NCBI GenBank assembly: GCA_045545475.1
Contig: JAZQAZ010000024.1
Span: 1-62,749 of the forward strand
DNA length: 62,749 bases
Direction of reading: 5' to 3'
Origin: Clostridia bacterium
Lineage (GTDB): Bacteria > Bacillota > Clostridia > CAKSNL01 > HGM11501
Below are positions 10,901-20,628 of the stretch, in pieces (position 1 is the first letter of the stretch; each line of letters begins with the position of its first letter). Both the position numbers and the translations under genes were made by a program. The notes under the pieces were generated by a model. The model was not told the origin of the DNA, did not search any database, and saw nothing but the letters and a program-made list of their open reading frames with translations.

Positions 10901-12209
10901 GAATGTGACGGCAAGGGTCAACAAAGGTCGAAAAGCGTTCAATAACTTTGTCTCCACACATCTTTACCGCACCAATCTCAGTTATAACCTCGGTATTTTT
11001 ATCAAGACCTGTGGTTTCAATATCAAAAATTACAAATTCATCTTCGATGGAATGTTCCTTAACATTCTTAACCGCATCTATTGTATCGGGAACAAGATAC
11101 CCTTCAACGCCGTAGAGAATCTTTATGGGATTATCTCCTTTTGCCTTAAGTGCTTCAGGATAAGACTGAACAACACCGTGGTCGGTTATGGCAACCGCCG
11201 GCATTCCCCATTCAATAGCACGCTTGACAACCGACTTTGCAGAGCATACGGCATCCATGGCAGACATCTGAGTATGGCAATGAAGTTCCACTCTTTTTAC
11301 CGGTTCATCATCGGTTTTCTTTTTCTTCTGTGCCTTTTCAATATTCCTTACTGCAATTGTTTCCTCTCTCTCAAAGGGATCGTTACGAAGCTCGCCCTGT
11401 ACACATACAGTAGCTCCCACCTTTATGCCCTCCAAAATTTCCTCAAGCTTATCTGCAGAAGTAAAGAATTTACACCCAATTGAGTTGGTAAGGTCAGTCA
11501 TAATAAACTTAACGATAACCTTCTTACTCTTAAGCTCTTTTGTTTCTACCGCAAGGATATCTCCTTTTATTATTACTTTGTCGGTTTCTTCCGATATATC
11601 ATTAATAGCAATAATTTCGCCCTTTATACTCTTACCAAGCAACACATCGCCGTTTGTGGTTTTTATCACAACTTTTTTCTCCTTCTTTTCTTCCTTCGCT
11701 TCATAAACGATTTCGGGAAGATCCGGCATCTCAACCTTTTCTTTCTTATCGATAAACTCAACATTAACGAAAAGATTGGTCTGATCCAAAATTATTTTAT
11801 GTATAAGTTTATCGCACTTTTTCATGACGAGCATTTCCATTCCGCCATGGATTACGGTTATCCTAAGCGTTTCGTCCGAAAACTCAATCCTGCTTCCCAG
11901 AAGCATATAATAAAAAGCAGGCTCCGCCTTTTTCACTTCCTGTAAAAGATTAGGATAGTAGGACTTGAAAAACTCTTCATCCATTGATGCATTGGCGTAA
12001 AACACCGATATATTGCTTTCGGCAAGCTTGTAAAAGCCCTTCATATCTTTTTTAAGAGCGTCAAGCTCAGAAAGGGATGATACGTCATCCAGCGACAGTA
12101 CCAAAGATATTTTCCTGGTTTTTTTATTAATTTCAAACTTAATTACTTCTGCTTCGCTTAGTTTATCCGAAACTTTTATTCCTTTTAGCGTTTTTCCCAG
12201 TGTTCTCAT
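7980..12209 (-). CDS. polC: DNA polymerase III PolC-type alpha subunit
   Basis: PHP motifs (VELHCHTQMS, AITDHG), exonuclease DIETTG, GSRGSVGSS, VPDIDLNF, KYMFPKAHAAAY. Confidence 0.98.
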   Translation of the reverse strand: MRTLGKTLKGIKVSDKLSEAEVIKFEINKKTRKISLVLSLDDVSSLSELDALKKDMKGFYKLAESNISVFYANASMDEEFFKSYYPNLLQEVKKAEPAFYYMLLGSRIEFSDETLRITVIHGGMEMLVMKKCDKLIHKIILDQTNLFVNVEFIDKKEKVEMPDLPEIVYEAKEEKKEKKVVIKTTNGDVLLGKSIKGEIIAINDISEETDKVIIKGDILAVETKELKSKKVIVKFIMTDLTNSIGCKFFTSADKLEEILEGIKVGATVCVQGELRNDPFEREETIAVRNIEKAQKKKKTDDEPVKRVELHCHTQMSAMDAVCSAKSVVKRAIEWGMPAVAITDHGVVQSYPEALKAKGDNPIKILYGVEGYLVPDTIDAVKNVKEHSIEDEFVIFDIETTGLDKNTEVITEIGAVKMCGDKVIERFSTFVDPCRHIPSNITELTGITDEMVAGAPLEGEAIEAFLNFCDGAPVIAHNAKFDTGFIKVAAERNGLVFDNTIICTLILAQALLPELKKHKLNIIADHLNIENPNHHRAVNDAEVTGAIWSEFLRKMKALGIKDVTDINVTLGGQIDVRKTKNCYHVIILIKEFKGIKNLYKIITESHLKYLGRTPRIPKSLLTKYREGLIVGSACEAGELYRAMVDGKNESELETIASYYDYLEIQPLKNNAFMIREGIVKSEAELIEYNKRILAMGDKLGKLTVATCDTHFLDPEDEVYRRILMDSKGFDDADNQPPLYFRNTKEMLEEFKYLGDRAYEVVVENTNKIADMIEDVIPIKDGNYPPTIENSAEDLKRLCYEKAHRLYGDPLPEFVQDRLEREINPIINNGYDVMYMIAQKLVKKSNDDGYIVGSRGSVGSSFVAFLSGITEINSLPAHYLCPECKYLEFPKVSPGLSGCDLEDKMCPKCGTKLMKEGHDIPFETFLGFNADKVPDIDLNFSGDYQTKAHKYTGELFGEGYVFKAGTIGTVAEKTAYGYVKKYFEKRNVRVREAEVERLKLGCTGVKRTTGQHPGGVIVCPKELDIHDFTPVQHPADDPDSDVTTTHFDYHSIHDNLLKLDILGHDDPTVIRMLEDLTDTKVQDIQLDDKETMSLFSSTEALGVTPEQIDSVVGTYGIPEFGTRIVRNMLVETMPKTFSELIRISGLSHGTDVWFGNAQDLVNSNTCTLNSCICTRDDIMAYLIAMGLPNGDAFKIMESVRKGKGLKDEWMDMMREHDVPEWYIDSCLKIKYMFPKAHAAAYVTNAFRIAWYKVHRPTEYYIAYYTVRADDFDYELMTKGYDFTNDKIKEYEKMGKAISTREKNIQTILEICREMYARGIEFAPVDLYKSHASKFLKGEDGRIIPPLSSIANLGAVAAKQIMEAREEGGEFFSVEDIRQRAHVGKAITDLLANAGCLKGLSESSQTSLFDME

Positions 12210-12225
12210 TTTATTCCCTTTCTGC

Positions 12226-13248
12226 TTATAATTTTTCTATTTCTTCAAACAATTCTTCTATTATCCTGTCTTCGGATATTTTTCTCACAGCTTCTCCTTT
12301 CTTGAAAAGAAGAGCCTCCCCTTTTCCTCCTGCAATACCTATATCCGCCTCTTTTGCTTCTCCGGGGCCATTTACAACACATCCCATAACAGCAACGGTG
12401 ATATCCTTATTAATCGAGCTTAAGCGGCTTTGTACCTCCGAGGCAATCCCAATAAGGTCTATCTTAGTTCTTCCGCAGGTAGGGCAGGAAATAAGCTTGG
12501 CTCCGCCTCTCAAATCAAGAGTTTTAAGAAGTTCAATTCCCGCTTTTACTTCCTCAACCGGATCTGCTGTGAGGGATACTCTCAAAGTATCTCCTATTCC
12601 GTCAAGCAAAAGTGCTCCGATTCCTGCACTGGAACGGATAATTCCCGAATAGCTTGTTCCTGCTTCGGTTACGCCCACATGAAGCGGATAAGAAAATGTC
12701 TTACTCGCAAGACGATATGCTTCAACGGTAGTTTTAACATCCGAAGATTTCAAGGAAATGGCCATATCGTAAAAATCACAGTCTTCAAGCATTTTTATAT
12801 GACGACGTGCACTTTCCACCATATTTTCCGGCGTAGGATGAGCAAGATCTTTTTCAAGCGAACCTCCGTTTACACCGATTCTTATAGGAACACCTTTCGC
12901 CTTTGCCGCCTGGGCAACAGCCTTTACCTTGTCCATAGAGCCGATGTTTCCGGGATTTATTCTCACCTTGGATACTCCTGCATCAATGGATGCAAGAGCA
13001 AGTTTATAGTCAAAATGAATGTCAGCAACTACCGGAATCGGACTTTTTGTGCAAATTTCCTTCATTGCCTCTGCCGCTTCCTTATCGGGTACTGTAACCC
13101 GGATAATATCGCATCCTGCCTTATGGAGTCTTTCTATCTGAGAAAGTGTCGCCAATACATCCTTTGTGTCCGTATTTGTCATGGACTGCACGCTTATAGG
13201 TGCTCCGCCGCCTATTTTTACATTTCCGACATTAATTTGTTTTGTCAT
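12226..13248 (-). CDS. ispG: (E)-4-hydroxy-3-methylbut-2-enyl-diphosphate synthase
   Basis: VQSMTNT, RINPGN, HVGVTEAG, SCPTCGR, MGCVVNGPGE. Confidence 0.98.
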   Translation of the reverse strand: MTKQINVGNVKIGGGAPISVQSMTNTDTKDVLATLSQIERLHKAGCDIIRVTVPDKEAAEAMKEICTKSPIPVVADIHFDYKLALASIDAGVSKVRINPGNIGSMDKVKAVAQAAKAKGVPIRIGVNGGSLEKDLAHPTPENMVESARRHIKMLEDCDFYDMAISLKSSDVKTTVEAYRLASKTFSYPLHVGVTEAGTSYSGIIRSSAGIGALLLDGIGDTLRVSLTADPVEEVKAGIELLKTLDLRGGAKLISCPTCGRTKIDLIGIASEVQSRLSSINKDITVAVMGCVVNGPGEAKEADIGIAGGKGEALLFKKGEAVRKISEDRIIEELFEEIEKL

Positions 13249-13250
13249 TT

Positions 13251-14333
13251 TTATTCCTCCGCCTTTTCGGCTTTCTTTATCATAAGACTTCCGTCTTTTT
13301 GCGGAACAACCGTATCCGAACCCATTTCACCCTGCAGGCTATCATAGGTTTTACGCCACAAAAGATTAAGCTCTTCATCGTATTTCGCCGCAACGGTTTC
13401 ATTGTCAGTCCATGTTGCCGATATATACGGTGGCTGCGGAACATTTCTTACAGGGCGTTCTGCCACAATTATGAATCCGCCGTCATCCGTGGCCGTTAAG
13501 TTTCCGCAGATTTCAGTTTCTGATTCTTTTAATATTTTTCCGTTTTTATCTATCAGAATAAACTTGTTTACCATTTCCTCATCTTTGGCATAATGCTGAG
13601 AAACAATGACCTTTCCCGAAGAAAGCTCGGCTATATCAGAAATTATCTGCTCCAAAGGCTCGGATTCCCATATAACTTCGCCATCTTCCGATACTTTGGT
13701 GATAACAATTTCAACTCCGTTTTCCGTGGCTTTGCCGCAGGATAAATACGCCGCCGTATCGGAAAGATAGTCTGCGCTTCCCGCAAACTGCACCCTTTTG
13801 CTCCATTTAAGCTCAAGTGTATCCTTATCAAAAAGAGCCGCAAAGGGGTTATTTCCGAATACAGATTCAGCAGACTGGCTGTTTCCCGACACTAAAATAC
13901 CCATATTTTCGTTATAGCTTGCAGTATAAGGATAGTCGAAATCGCTTCCGCCATAGGTCTTTTCCAAAAGAAGCTTATCATACTTTGCAATATATACATC
14001 TCCGGGATACGAGCCGTCTGAGGTTTCGCCTACAGCAATATAACCGTCATCAGTTTTTAATATAACGGCAGACTCATCCTTTTCCTTTATCATGCTGTAA
14101 GCCTCTGTTTTTTCAATAAATTCCCCGGTCATTATTTCGTAGGCAAACTCATCTTCAACAAAGCGTTCATTTATGTCTTTTGTGTTCACATCTTCAAGGG
14201 GGACATACATAGGAAGCAAAGTACCTTCCGTCACAGTTACAAACTCTTTCTGCTCTGAAATTTCAGGCATATCATTACAGCCACTTACGAATACAGTCAT
14301 AATAATCAAGCTATACAATGCCACTCTTTTCAT
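13251..14333 (-). CDS. Lipoprotein, probable beta-propeller-like fold
   Basis: Start MKRVALY after GAGGTG RBS; lipobox VSGC; repeated YGGS / AKYD...WRKTY strands. Confidence 0.7.
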   Translation of the reverse strand: MKRVALYSLIIMTVFVSGCNDMPEISEQKEFVTVTEGTLLPMYVPLEDVNTKDINERFVEDEFAYEIMTGEFIEKTEAYSMIKEKDESAVILKTDDGYIAVGETSDGSYPGDVYIAKYDKLLLEKTYGGSDFDYPYTASYNENMGILVSGNSQSAESVFGNNPFAALFDKDTLELKWSKRVQFAGSADYLSDTAAYLSCGKATENGVEIVITKVSEDGEVIWESEPLEQIISDIAELSSGKVIVSQHYAKDEEMVNKFILIDKNGKILKESETEICGNLTATDDGGFIIVAERPVRNVPQPPYISATWTDNETVAAKYDEELNLLWRKTYDSLQGEMGSDTVVPQKDGSLMIKKAEKAEE

Positions 14334-14364
14334 AAATTCACCTCTTTTGGTTTTAAGGGATAAA

Positions 14365-14391
14365 ATGTGCATCCTAAAAAAGGATGCACAT
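14365..14391 (-). terminator. Hairpin downstream of the carboxypeptidase gene
   Basis: atgtgcatcct-aaaaa-aggatgcacat followed by a T-run on the minus strand. Confidence 0.65.
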
Positions 14392-14395
14392 GATA

Positions 14396-15703
14396 CTATC
14401 TTTTTTCCGTGCCTCTGCTTTTAATTCGTTCTTTTTTTCTTTTTTCGTACTCAACTTGTCTTATTAATATGAGTACAAGAACTACAGCAAGAACTGCAAG
14501 AAGAGCTATTCCGATTATTTTTCCTATTACTCCGACGAAAGCACTCCACCACGAATATTCATATACCTTATCCGCAGTAAGTGTTACTTCTCCCAGATAT
14601 TCGTCGCCGTAAAAAATTTCAACCTTACCAAGCTCGTCTTCAGGCGTGAGAGGTGCAAGCAAAGGAGTATTTACAGTAACCTTGGTGGTAATTAGGCTTT
14701 CATCAACATCCTTGCGGAATACAGATGTAAAGTCATCTTTAGCAGCAAGCTTTACAGTTTTCTCGCCTTTAGCGTATTTTATGCTCTTTTCATCATAGAA
14801 TTCGCCCTTTTTAATAACCTGCTTGCTTACATAGTTTTCAAATCCCCATTCCATCAGGGCCTTAGTGTCCACATATGCAGTATTAACACCGTCTATCACA
14901 CTTGCTCCGAGGATTACGGTTATAAGGCGTACTCCTTCTTTTTCAGCAGATGCAACAAGACAATTTCTTGCGGCATCTGTATATCCTGTCTTTATACCTG
15001 TAGCAGGACTGTAGAGGTAGCTGGATGTTCTTGCGTTTGTAAGAAGATTATTTGTTGTATTGAAATTTCTCGGCCCGTCATATATTTCGGTTTTCGGAAG
15101 CTCAAAATATGTAGTTTTTACAATTTCTCTGAAAGCGGGAATTTTCATTGCTTCAACTGCAATTTTCGCCATATCGGAAACGGTTGTGTAATGATTTTCA
15201 TCAGTAAGTCCGTGTGTATTTACAAAGTGTGTACCTTCGCACCCCAAATCCTTGGCTTTTTCATTCATAAGTGTTACGAAATCGCTTATGCTTCCCGATA
15301 CGGCCTCTGCAAGCACATTTGCCGCATCGTTACCGGACACTACCATCATACCTTTTATAAGTTCATAATTGTTGAAAGTTTCCCCTTCAAAAAGGCCAAG
15401 CTTACTGCTGTCCCAGGATATGGACATAACAGCCTCGTTGCTGACTGTGGAAGAAGCTTCGAGATCCAGTTTTTCCAGTGCAAGTAATGCCGTCATAATC
15501 TTAGTTGTAGATGCAGGATATTTTCTTTCTGACGAATTTTTCTCAAGCAATACCTCTCCTGTATCCATATTAACCAGTATGTAGTTGGAAGAGCTTACAA
15601 CAGGTCCGCTGACGGTTCCATCACTCTCAGGAACAGCCATTGACACAGATGTAAAAATCAGACAAAAGCACATTAAAAGTGCAAAAAACTTTTTATTTTT
15701 CAT
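14396..15703 (-). CDS. D-alanyl-D-alanine carboxypeptidase (peptidase S11)
   Basis: PASTTK (SxxK), SGN (SxN) and KTG motifs; C-terminal membrane anchor. Confidence 0.95.
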   Translation of the reverse strand: MKNKKFFALLMCFCLIFTSVSMAVPESDGTVSGPVVSSSNYILVNMDTGEVLLEKNSSERKYPASTTKIMTALLALEKLDLEASSTVSNEAVMSISWDSSKLGLFEGETFNNYELIKGMMVVSGNDAANVLAEAVSGSISDFVTLMNEKAKDLGCEGTHFVNTHGLTDENHYTTVSDMAKIAVEAMKIPAFREIVKTTYFELPKTEIYDGPRNFNTTNNLLTNARTSSYLYSPATGIKTGYTDAARNCLVASAEKEGVRLITVILGASVIDGVNTAYVDTKALMEWGFENYVSKQVIKKGEFYDEKSIKYAKGEKTVKLAAKDDFTSVFRKDVDESLITTKVTVNTPLLAPLTPEDELGKVEIFYGDEYLGEVTLTADKVYEYSWWSAFVGVIGKIIGIALLAVLAVVLVLILIRQVEYEKRKKERIKSRGTEKR

Positions 15704-15818
15704 AATCTACCTTCTTCATTTTTAATATAAGTATATTATACAATAAAAGACAAACTTTAGCAAGAGGATTTTGATAAATTATGTATTAAAAAAGAGTAGA
15801 CTATGTCTACCCTTTTTA

Positions 15819-17075
15819 TTATTCTGCAATAAGCATATCTACAGCATGCATTATACCGATTTTTGCCGACTCGTAAGTAAGGCCGCCCTGCATATAAGCG
15901 ATATAAGGTTCTCTCATCGGGCCATCTGCCGAAAACTCAATGGATGAACCCTGAACAAATGCCCCTGCTGCCATAATAACCTGATCGGAATATCCCGGCA
16001 TATCCGAAGGCACCGGTGTCGCATAAGAATCTATAGGAGCACCCTTCTGTATCCCCTGGCAAAACTTAACCAGTTTTTCGGGGTCATTAAAGAGTATTGC
16101 CTGAACTATGTCGGTACGTTCATCACAAGGACTCGGCGATGTTTCATAGCCGAGAGCATCCATTGCCGCCGCACAGAGAAGTGATGCCTTCATAGCCTGG
16201 CATACAACGTGAGGAGCCATGAAAAATCCCTGATACATATATCTTAATTCATCTAGGCTTGCTCCCGCTTCTCTGCCTGTTGCAGGCGTTGTAAGACGGT
16301 AGCCGCAAAGCTCAACAAGATCGTGTCTTCCGGCAACGTATCCGCCCATTTTGGCGATACCGCCCCCGGGATTTTTGATTAAAGAGCCTGCCATTAAATC
16401 AGCACCGTAATATGTGGGCTCGTGCTTAGAGACAAATTCACCGTAGCAGTTATCCACAAAACAAATTGTATCGGGACTTACACTCTTTACCGCCTCTATA
16501 ATATCTCTTATTTCAAGTAATCCGATATCGTGATTCCATTCATAGCCTCGGGAGCGCTGAATGTGCACCATCTTTACCTTTTCCTTTGAAAGATATTCTT
16601 TAATTGCGGGAATGTCTGCATGGCCGCCTACCAAATTAACCTGGGCGTATTTTATTCCGAAGTTTATAAGTGAGCCGTTTTCGTTTCCGTCAAGCCCGAT
16701 TACTCCGTCAAAGGTATCATAGGGCTTTCCCGTTACCGCAAGAAGGGTATCACCGGGACGAAGCACTGCAAAAAGTGCCGTTGAAATGGCGTGAGTGCCC
16801 GAAATCATAGTGTATCTTACAAGGGCATCCTCAGATTCGAAAACGTCGGCATACACGCGGTCTAAGGCGTCACGCCCCATATCGTCATAGCCGTAGCCCG
16901 TTGTTCCGTTGAGATGTGCCGCACCGATATGGTTATCGGCAAATGCCTTTAAGACCTTTGCCTGATTGTATAAACAAACCTCTTCAATTTTTTTGAATTT
17001 TTCGGAAACCGCCTCTTCAGCACGGGCGATTATATCCCTTGTTTTATCCGAAAACTTATACAAATTTCCAAGCAT
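15819..17075 (-). CDS. Methionine gamma-lyase family PLP enzyme (YnbB/aluminium-resistance type)
   Basis: TTGYGYDD.GRD, SGTHAI, FVDNCYGEF, GSLIKNPGGG. Confidence 0.92.
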   Translation of the reverse strand: MLGNLYKFSDKTRDIIARAEEAVSEKFKKIEEVCLYNQAKVLKAFADNHIGAAHLNGTTGYGYDDMGRDALDRVYADVFESEDALVRYTMISGTHAISTALFAVLRPGDTLLAVTGKPYDTFDGVIGLDGNENGSLINFGIKYAQVNLVGGHADIPAIKEYLSKEKVKMVHIQRSRGYEWNHDIGLLEIRDIIEAVKSVSPDTICFVDNCYGEFVSKHEPTYYGADLMAGSLIKNPGGGIAKMGGYVAGRHDLVELCGYRLTTPATGREAGASLDELRYMYQGFFMAPHVVCQAMKASLLCAAAMDALGYETSPSPCDERTDIVQAILFNDPEKLVKFCQGIQKGAPIDSYATPVPSDMPGYSDQVIMAAGAFVQGSSIEFSADGPMREPYIAYMQGGLTYESAKIGIMHAVDMLIAE

Positions 17076-17647
17076 TATATTTCATAGCCCAGAGAAAATG
17101 CCTTTAAGTTGATATCAAGGAATTTTTCCGGTACTGTCTCCTTTATAACTTCTGTCCATGTTTCCTTCGGAATGTCGGTGTTCTTGGCAAGCAAGCCTAT
17201 CAATACAACATTTACCGCCTTGGAGCTTCCCGCCTCGGTTGCAAGGCTTAAAGCATCAATTGCCGTTATATCAACTGAAAGTGCCTTGATTTTTTCAATT
17301 ATTGCTTCGGGATATTTTGCCTTGCCGATAATAACGGGCATAGGATCGATGTTCTGAGAGTTCACAAGAAGTCTTCCACCCTTTTTAAGAAACTCAAGGC
17401 TTCTCATTGCTTCAAGCTCTTCAAATGCCATAATAATATCGGCACATCCTTCTCCGATAACCGGAGAATATACATTTTCGTTTCCGTAGCGAACATAGGT
17501 TACAACGCTTCCGCCTCGCTGGCTCATACCGTGAACCTCGCTTACCTTAACGTCATATCCGCACTTTATTGCAACATTACCTAAGATTCTGCTGGCAAGA
17601 AGCGTACCCTGTCCGCCTACGCCAACTATCATAATTGATGTATTCAT
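17075..17647 (-). CDS. iorB: Indolepyruvate:ferredoxin oxidoreductase beta subunit
   Basis: GVGGQG and SEVHGMSQRGGSV; adjacent to iorA. Confidence 0.93.
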   Translation of the reverse strand: MNTSIMIVGVGGQGTLLASRILGNVAIKCGYDVKVSEVHGMSQRGGSVVTYVRYGNENVYSPVIGEGCADIIMAFEELEAMRSLEFLKKGGRLLVNSQNIDPMPVIIGKAKYPEAIIEKIKALSVDITAIDALSLATEAGSSKAVNVVLIGLLAKNTDIPKETWTEVIKETVPEKFLDINLKAFSLGYEI

Positions 17648-19377
17648 TACGCTTCCTCCTTTTTAAGTGCTTTCTTTGCACAAAGCTGTGCACAGTAGCC
17701 ACATCCGTTACACTGAGTCTTGTCGATGTTGATCTTTTCACCGTCAAAGCTTATTGCGGGACATCCTATCTTTAAGCACATCTTACACTTTACGCAGTCG
17801 CTTGTAACAGTCATTTTGCCTTCGTACTTAACGCTCTTTAAGAGTGCGCAGGGACGCTGTGCAATAATAACGGAGGGCTCTTTTTTGGAAACCTCTTCCT
17901 TTACAACAGCCTTAAAGCCCTTAAGGTCAAAGGGATCGGCAACTCTGATATTCGGAACGCCGATTGCCTCGCAAAGCTTTACAAGGTCAACCTGAGGAGC
18001 AGCTTCGCCTCTTATTGTCTTCCCCGTTAAGGGATTGTCCTGATGACCTGTCATACCTGTTATGGAGTTATCAAGGATAATTACTGTGGAGTTACCCTTG
18101 TTATATACAACATTGATAAGACCCGTAATACCGCTGTGAATGAAGGTTGAGTCCCCAAGCACTGCAACAGTTTTTCCGGAAACCTCGGGATTTGCCTTAT
18201 CCATACCGTGAGCAAGACCGATTGATGCACCCATACATACGCAGGCATCAACGGAAGACAAGGGTTCAAGTGTACCTAATGTATAGCATCCGATGTCGCC
18301 GCAAACACGAAGACCTAAGGACGATAAGGCATAGAATGTTCCTCTGTGAGGGCATCCTGCACAAAGTACGGGAGGACGCATGGGAGCGTTTTCTTCCACC
18401 TTTACGCTTTCAGCTCTTTTTTCGCCAAGCACAACCTCTTTAATCATATCAGCGGAATATTCGCCGATTAAAGTGAAGGCATCCTTACCGATTACTTCGA
18501 TGCCCATTGCCTTTATATGCTCTTCAAAGAAGGGATCAAGTTCTTCAATTACATAAAGCTTTTCAACCTTTGATGCAAATTCTTTTATAAGGTTGTCGCA
18601 AAGAGGATAAACCATACCAAGCTTTAAGTAAGACACCTTGTCGCCCAGTGCTTCCTTTGCATACTGATAGCAGATACCTGATGTGATAACACCGATTTTT
18701 GTATCGTTGTATTCAACCTTGTTAAGGGTAGATGTATCAGAATATACCGATGCGTCCTTTAATATTCCCTCCAAAACGGGATGACGGCGTTTTGCCATTG
18801 CAGGCATCATTACGTTTTTGATGGGGTTTTTAACGTATTCCTTTTCAATTTCTTCCCTTTCGCCCACTTCAACAAGACTCTGAGAATGCGAAACTCTTGT
18901 TGTAAGTCTTAAAATTACAGGAAGGTCAAACTTTTCACTGATAGCGAAGGCTTCCTTTGCAAAGCTTAAGCACTCCTGGCTGTCGGAAGGTTCAAGCATT
19001 ATAGCCTTGGATGCTTTTGCATAGTTACGGCTGTCCTGTTCATTCTGTGAGCTGTGCATACCGGGATCGTCCGCAACGCAGATTAAAAGACCTGCGTTTA
19101 CGCCCGTATATGTAGCTGTAAACAAGGGGTCTGCTGCAACGTTTAGGCCAACGTGCTTCATTGCACAGACAGATCTTCCTCCGCCCATAGCGGAGCCGAT
19201 TGCTGTTTCAAGTGCAACCTTTTCGTTGGGCGCCCACTCAACGTGAGGGCAAGGAAGTGTTGCCATATATTCCATTATTTCCGTGCTGGGTGTTCCGGGA
19301 TAAGCAGATGCAACCTTTACGCCTGCTTCGTATGCACCACGTGCAACGGCGTGATTACCGAGCATTAACTTTTTCAT
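17647..19377 (-). CDS. iorA: Indolepyruvate:ferredoxin oxidoreductase alpha subunit
   Basis: YPGTPSTE, NEKVALE, LCAGCPH, GDSTF.HSG, two C-terminal 4Fe-4S motifs. Confidence 0.95.
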   Translation of the reverse strand: MKKLMLGNHAVARGAYEAGVKVASAYPGTPSTEIMEYMATLPCPHVEWAPNEKVALETAIGSAMGGGRSVCAMKHVGLNVAADPLFTATYTGVNAGLLICVADDPGMHSSQNEQDSRNYAKASKAIMLEPSDSQECLSFAKEAFAISEKFDLPVILRLTTRVSHSQSLVEVGEREEIEKEYVKNPIKNVMMPAMAKRRHPVLEGILKDASVYSDTSTLNKVEYNDTKIGVITSGICYQYAKEALGDKVSYLKLGMVYPLCDNLIKEFASKVEKLYVIEELDPFFEEHIKAMGIEVIGKDAFTLIGEYSADMIKEVVLGEKRAESVKVEENAPMRPPVLCAGCPHRGTFYALSSLGLRVCGDIGCYTLGTLEPLSSVDACVCMGASIGLAHGMDKANPEVSGKTVAVLGDSTFIHSGITGLINVVYNKGNSTVIILDNSITGMTGHQDNPLTGKTIRGEAAPQVDLVKLCEAIGVPNIRVADPFDLKGFKAVVKEEVSKKEPSVIIAQRPCALLKSVKYEGKMTVTSDCVKCKMCLKIGCPAISFDGEKINIDKTQCNGCGYCAQLCAKKALKKEEA

Positions 19378-19409
19378 GATAGTTCTCCTTTATCATTTTT
19401 ATCTTAATA

Positions 19410-20144
19410 TTATACTATAAATTTGTCGTCTTGTAAAGCATTTGAGCCAAATAAATAAAAAATTGCCGAAGAAAAATTAAAATATGCCTTGCTTAAAAGA
19501 CCTTTTTCCTTTTTATCTATGCCACCCTCGTAGTAATAGTCAAAATAGCTTTCCGCACACTTTTTAGCTCTTTTATATAAAACGGATGTGTCAAGACGTG
19601 TAATACATCTTTTCATATCCGCCTCTAAAAACGCCATAGCGATTAAAAGCCGCTTTCCCTTGTCGGTTAAGGACAGTTCATCGCCACATGCTCCTTTGGC
19701 TTTCTTTGCTGCCGCATAAAGGAAAAACGCAGAGTCTGTCATTTCATAGCTTCTTTCTTCCGTTATTGCATCAGTTGGTGCTTTGCTGTTATAGGTTATT
19801 CCGTCAAAACCGCATGCTTCTTTTATTTCAGGAAAAGCGATTTCTTCGCCAAAATATTTCGCACATTCAAAAAGAGTTCTTTTCACAGATTCGATTCTTT
19901 TATCGGGCGTATCAAAAGCAGGGATTTTCACATTAAGATAGTTATTTAACAAAGCTTTATACCAAGTATCGTCGGGGTAAAAGTTTGTAAAAATCCCGTC
20001 TTTTTCTGCCTTTATTCCGCCGAGTGAAGATGTATCCGTATCAATATTAGGAGCATAGAAGCAAAGCTTGCCTCTATGCTCTCTTAATGCAAGAATGTTT
20101 ACATTAAGCCTTTCTGCAAGGCTTGAAATTGCCCCTCTCATCAC
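19410..20144 (-). CDS. Hypothetical protein resembling the ArgRS N-terminal and DALR anticodon-binding domains, without the catalytic core
   Basis: GIFTNFYPDDTW resembles the ArgRS N-domain GFINF motif; C-terminal half follows the DALR helix pattern; no HIGH motif; sits directly after DUF1934. Confidence 0.55.
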   Translation of the reverse strand: MMRGAISSLAERLNVNILALREHRGKLCFYAPNIDTDTSSLGGIKAEKDGIFTNFYPDDTWYKALLNNYLNVKIPAFDTPDKRIESVKRTLFECAKYFGEEIAFPEIKEACGFDGITYNSKAPTDAITEERSYEMTDSAFFLYAAAKKAKGACGDELSLTDKGKRLLIAMAFLEADMKRCITRLDTSVLYKRAKKCAESYFDYYYEGGIDKKEKGLLSKAYFNFSSAIFYLFGSNALQDDKFIV

Positions 20145-20572
20145 GCTTCACGTATAGACATGGAAAGGGAGTTTGCCGATTGCGGCACGTTGTCGATGTC
20201 AATAAAATAGTCAATCCTTATGTCGCCTTCACTCTCCCCTAAATCCACCTTCAGCTTGTCTGTAATTGTGCTTACTGTAAAGCTTCCGTAGGGTGTTTCA
20301 TAGTGGCCCATATGGGTTTTACCCGATTCAAAAACCATATATGTATTTCCGCCCTCGGTTCCGGTTCTTGACATAGTAACAACATTTCCGTCAATTTTCA
20401 GCATTGTCTGAGTGCCTTCTTTAAATCCGGTTACTTCGCTTTCTTCATAAACTATATATTTTTTGCCGTTTCTCTCGTAATATCGACCGCTTGTGACAAG
20501 CTCAAGATCGTCATTTTCTTCTTCCTGATCCGTAAATACGCCGCGTATCGATATGATAATATCTTTTTTCAC
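20141..20572 (-). CDS. DUF1934 (YwiB-like) protein
   Basis: YIVYEESEVTG, MVFESGK, YETPYG; GTG start with GGAGG RBS. Confidence 0.88.
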   Translation of the reverse strand: MKKDIIISIRGVFTDQEEENDDLELVTSGRYYERNGKKYIVYEESEVTGFKEGTQTMLKIDGNVVTMSRTGTEGGNTYMVFESGKTHMGHYETPYGSFTVSTITDKLKVDLGESEGDIRIDYFIDIDNVPQSANSLSMSIREA

Positions 20573-20628
20573 GAAAAATTCGCCTCCTTTTTTAAGTATA
20601 TCACAAATTCGCCTTCATTTCAAAGGAT

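Noticed and set aside
7980-12209. Intein in PolC
   Set aside because: Length (1409 aa) and motif order are normal; no intein splice motifs noticed
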